A stretch of DNA of 64,000 nucleotides from an uncultured Gammaproteobacteria bacterium (lineage in GTDB: Bacteria > Pseudomonadota > Gammaproteobacteria > Steroidobacterales > Steroidobacteraceae): positions 54,821-118,820 of the forward strand of contig CAWAQE010000007.1 of the NCBI GenBank assembly GCA_963784105.1, given 5' to 3'. Position numbers and translations under genes: made by a program. The notes beneath the pieces were generated by a model. It did no database searches. It worked only from the letters and a program-made list of their open reading frames with translations, and was not told the origin of the DNA. Each line of letters starts with the position of its first letter. Position 1 is the first letter of the stretch. Shown here one piece after another: positions 61,223 to 64,000 of the stretch.

Positions 61223-61244
61223 TACTCACTCGATACTAAACGCC

Positions 61245-61547
61245 TTACCAGCGCTTCGGACCGCGCGATCCACCACCACCACCACCGCCGCCGCCGCCGC
61301 CACCGGTGCGCTCCTGAGCCTCATTCACCTTCAGCGCTCGCCCGTCGACATCGTGGCCGTTCAAGGCCTGCATGGCCCGCGCAGCATCTGCGCTCGCCAT
61401 TTCAACGAAGCCGAAGCCGCGGGGCCGGCCGGTGTCGCGATCGTTGATCAACGCAACCGACTGTACCGCGCCGTGCTTTTCGAACAGCGCGCGTACCGCG
61501 GACTCGTCCATTGAGAACGGGAGATTGCCAACATACATTTTCGTCAT
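61245..61547 (-). CDS. Glycine-rich RRM (RNP-1/RNP-2) RNA-binding protein
   Basis: 100 aa. RNP-2 MYVGNLPF and RNP-1 RGFGFVEM, with a C-terminal G12 tract then SRGPKRW. Confidence 0.9.
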   Translation of the reverse strand: MTKMYVGNLPFSMDESAVRALFEKHGAVQSVALINDRDTGRPRGFGFVEMASADAARAMQALNGHDVDGRALKVNEAQERTGGGGGGGGGGGGSRGPKRW

Positions 61548-61766
61548 TTGAAGAATACCTACTACAAAAGAAGCTATCGGCCGGTCACGTGTGCATACTG
61601 CGATGCAGTGTGCTTCAAGTGCCTGCCACCTGGGTCGAAGAAACCTGCTTTGTAGGTTGTGGCCAAGGTGACGCCGGAGCGGCGCGGTGACCAGAAACGG
61701 ACCAAGTAGAAATCACGAACCGGGCGCGATCCTACAGCAATTTACTGATAAATACGAATATTTCTC

Positions 61767-62543
61767 TTAAGCGGCCTTCCACCAGGACAGTACGGGCGGC
61801 AGCATCCGGTGCTGGCTCAGGAGCCCTGGCTCCGACCAATGCGCCAAGCGCGTCAGCCCTGCCGCGGTGCACAAATGGTCAGCCAAGGCAGATTCCTGCG
61901 GTCCATGATTGGCCATGAAGAAAAGCCCATTCGGGCGCAGATTATGTCTAATTCGGGCAAATAGCCTCTCAGGAGCCAAGAGGGCCAGCGGCAGGCGCCA
62001 TGCCAGTATGGCGGCCGGCGTCAGGAACGGAAACCAAGAACTGATGAGGTCGGCCGGCTCCCTGTAATCGGTGTAGTCCGCCACCACGAACCGGGCCGTA
62101 GGCAGACTCCTTAGGTAGCCCCCCGCATAGTCGATCCGCGTGCGCCCGTCCCTGAACAGCCGGTAACCCTCGACTTCCACGCCCACCATCCGGTCGGGCT
62201 GAAAGAATGTTTGCAAGGCCGACGCGTACCAGAAACTGGCGCAGCCGATGTCGCAGAGGACGCCGCCGGCCGGCCGGCCCATCCCCGACTCATGCCAGCC
62301 GCGATCCAGGATATCGAGATACTCATAGTTGTTGACGCTGGTCGCGGCGTTCATTCGCAGCTCAAATTGCACCTGGTAACGATTGCGCAACGCGGCTATT
62401 CTTTCGGATTGTCCGCGATCTACGATGCAAAGTTCGCGGGCGGGAGTTTCCTCAAACGCACCGCGCGACCAGCGTATGCGCTCAGAAACGGCATACCAAA
62501 AGCTGTGTCGCAAGGATCGTAAACGCTGGAGCAATGAATACAT
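61767..62543 (-). CDS. Hypothetical protein, class I SAM-methyltransferase-like
   Basis: The ATG at 62543 gives MYSLLQRLRSLRHSFWYAV.... Motif-I-like GGVLCDIGCASFWYASAL and later ...LRPNGLFFMANHG suggest a Rossmann methyltransferase fold. Family not recognised. The track ORF to 62666 is probably over-extended. Confidence 0.45.
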   Translation of the reverse strand: MYSLLQRLRSLRHSFWYAVSERIRWSRGAFEETPARELCIVDRGQSERIAALRNRYQVQFELRMNAATSVNNYEYLDILDRGWHESGMGRPAGGVLCDIGCASFWYASALQTFFQPDRMVGVEVEGYRLFRDGRTRIDYAGGYLRSLPTARFVVADYTDYREPADLISSWFPFLTPAAILAWRLPLALLAPERLFARIRHNLRPNGLFFMANHGPQESALADHLCTAAGLTRLAHWSEPGLLSQHRMLPPVLSWWKAA

Positions 62544-62598
62544 TGGCCAAATGCTATGCGGGTCGGGAGGCAGCGTCGAGGGAGCGCGCGCATTGGCG

Positions 62599-63546
62599 AT
62601 GCGCTTAGAGTTTCTCCTGCCCAAGTACTGGGCGACTTGGGCGGGTTTGAGCGTGCTGCGCGCCATCGAGCTGCTGCCCTATTCTGCGCAACGGCACGTG
62701 GGCTCGGCTTTGGGCAGGCTCATCCGGCGGCTGCCCCTCGCCTACGTGCGCATTGCACGCCGCAACATCCAACTCTGCATGCCCGGCCTTTCGCCCCAGG
62801 GCCAGGCCGCACTGGTGGATAGCCATTGCCGGAGCCTCGGGATGGCGCTGTGCGAAACGGCCAATACCTGGTGGAGCGGCGATGAGCGCGTGCACGATCT
62901 TGCGCAGATCAAGGGTCTGGAGAACTTGACCGCGGCGCTCTCCAAGGGCCGCGGCGCCATCATGATCGGCGGCCATTTCACCACCATCGAAATCGCCACC
63001 CGCATCCTGGGAACGGTCGTGCCGCTGAACGTGGTGTACCGTCCGACGAAAAATGCGCTGCTGTCGCAAACCATGGTCGCCAGCTTTTCGCGTCATGGCA
63101 ATCCCATCGCTCACGACGACATTCGCGCCATGATTCGCGCCCTGAAGAAGAACGAAGCGGTGTGGTACGCCCCGGATCAAAGCTATCGCAACAAGGGCGC
63201 GGCCATGGTGAAGTTCTTCGGAATCCCTGCCGCCACCACCACCGCCACCTCCCGGCTGGCGCGCATTTCCGGCGCCGCCGTGCTGACCTACTTTCCGGAG
63301 CGGCTGCCGGGCAATGCCGGCTATCGGGTGGTGATCGGGCCCGCGTTCGAAGACTTTCCCGGCGCCGACGCAATCTGCGACGCCGAACGCTTCAATCGAT
63401 TGCTCGAAGAGCAGATTCGCCGAGTCCCCGAGCAGTATCTCTGGGTCCACCGCCGCTTCAAGGGACTCTCCTCCGACTATCCCGACTACTACGGACGGGA
63501 CTCCCGCAATCGGTCTGCGGCGCAAGCGCCGAAAACCGCCCCTTGA
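62599..63546 (+). CDS. lpxL: Lipid A biosynthesis lauroyl/late acyltransferase (LpxL/HtrB family)
   Basis: The ATG at 62599 gives MRLEFLLPKYWATWAGLSVLRAIELLPY.... Motifs ...ARRNIQLCMP..S........S.........E......W, GRGAIMIGGHFTTIEIA (HX4D-type acyltransferase region), and VWYAPDQSY. 315 aa. Confidence 0.85.
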   Translation: MRLEFLLPKYWATWAGLSVLRAIELLPYSAQRHVGSALGRLIRRLPLAYVRIARRNIQLCMPGLSPQGQAALVDSHCRSLGMALCETANTWWSGDERVHDLAQIKGLENLTAALSKGRGAIMIGGHFTTIEIATRILGTVVPLNVVYRPTKNALLSQTMVASFSRHGNPIAHDDIRAMIRALKKNEAVWYAPDQSYRNKGAAMVKFFGIPAATTTATSRLARISGAAVLTYFPERLPGNAGYRVVIGPAFEDFPGADAICDAERFNRLLEEQIRRVPEQYLWVHRRFKGLSSDYPDYYGRDSRNRSAAQAPKTAP

Positions 63547-63655
63547 CCCGGATAGCGCCATCGTCATGCTCCAGACAGGACTTGTCGCTCACGAACGCTA
63601 TTTCTGGCACGACCCGGGCAGCGGCGCCGGCGTTGCGCCGCTCGATGCGAGCACC

Positions 63656-64000
63656 CTACAGCGGAACGTGAAGTTCCTCGCGGTGCATGGCCTTGAGCAC
63701 CAGTCCGTACACCAACCCCGCGGCCAGCCACGCCGTGCCGACTTTGACGGCGGCCCCACTCATGCCCGAGAACACCGCAAGCACCACGGCGATACCGCAG
63801 ACCGGTACAAGCCAATGCCTGATCCACGCCGCCGAGCGCCGTTTGACTCCGAAATACACCAGGACCGAGACGTGCAGGAATAGGAATCCGCTCAATGCCC
63901 CGAAGTTCACGATCGAAGCCAGATCGCCGAGCCGATTTTCCATGTACAGGGCGACACCGAGCGACAAGGCGGCCGTGACCAACATGCCCATGTAGGGCGT
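63656..64000 (-). CDS. APC-superfamily amino acid/polyamine permease, C-terminal part (gene continues beyond window end)
   Basis: The frame is open to 64000. The hydrophobic C-terminal helices are ...LVTAALSLGVALYMENRLGDLASIVNFGALSGFLFLHVSVLVYFGVKRR...WLVPVCGIAVVLAVF...KVGTAWLAAGLVYGLVLK. Stop at 63656. Confidence 0.7.
   Translation of the reverse strand, partial: TPYMGMLVTAALSLGVALYMENRLGDLASIVNFGALSGFLFLHVSVLVYFGVKRRSAAWIRHWLVPVCGIAVVLAVFSGMSGAAVKVGTAWLAAGLVYGLVLKAMHREELHVPL

Noticed and set aside
61059-61244. An initiator tRNA gene (metY-like) upstream of rimP, as in E. coli.
   Set aside because: I could not fold any ~75-nt segment into a cloverleaf, and there is no GGTTCGAATCC-type T-arm. 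The region is instead explained by two terminator hairpins. A tRNAscan run would settle it.

Overview
Visibly high-GC (about two thirds G+C by eye, not computed) bacterial chromosome segment. Gene order is strongly gammaproteobacterial and Pseudomonas-like: gyrA-serC-pheA-aroA-cmk-rpsA-ihfB-lapB-galU, ubiG-rmuC, trpS-scpA-scpB-rluB, yciO/yciB-bolA, smc-zipA-ligA, dksA-gluQ, and rimP-nusA-infB-rbfA-truB-rpsO-pnp. I support about 58 protein-coding genes. I found no rRNA, tRNA, CRISPR array, transposase or integrase. Many long ORFs in the track are antisense shadows or 5' over-extensions typical of high-GC DNA, so I re-derived starts from the sequence where conserved N-termini allowed. Only about 1-14.8 kb looks accessory. 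It holds a three-gene two-component module (receiver-only protein with Asn at the phospho-acceptor position, hybrid kinase, OmpR-type regulator), an FMN-dehydrogenase/FAH pair, a five-gene putative periplasmic sulfur-oxyanion operon (TolC-like OMP, TauE/SafE, secreted DsrE-like protein, ModA-like binding protein, tetraheme TsdB-TsdA fusion), an AraC/SnoaL pair, and a tightly coupled operon of an output-less heme-c(DUF3365)-HAMP membrane sensor with a small TIR-domain protein. That last pair is my best candidate for an undescribed system: a split sensor plus TIR effector. Secondary oddities lie in the core region. There are apparent pseudo-enzymes (an MtaD-like amidohydrolase and an RluB-like protein, both lacking catalytic motifs) and short remnants of a HAD phosphatase and possibly an HDAC-like gene. 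DksA carries a long Lys/Ala/Pro-rich N-terminal extension and lacks the Cys4 zinc finger. gluQ has its conserved N-terminus upstream of any canonical start codon. There are in-frame 18-nt minisatellites in zipA and rbfA. All functional calls come from motif recognition by eye; no database search was run.
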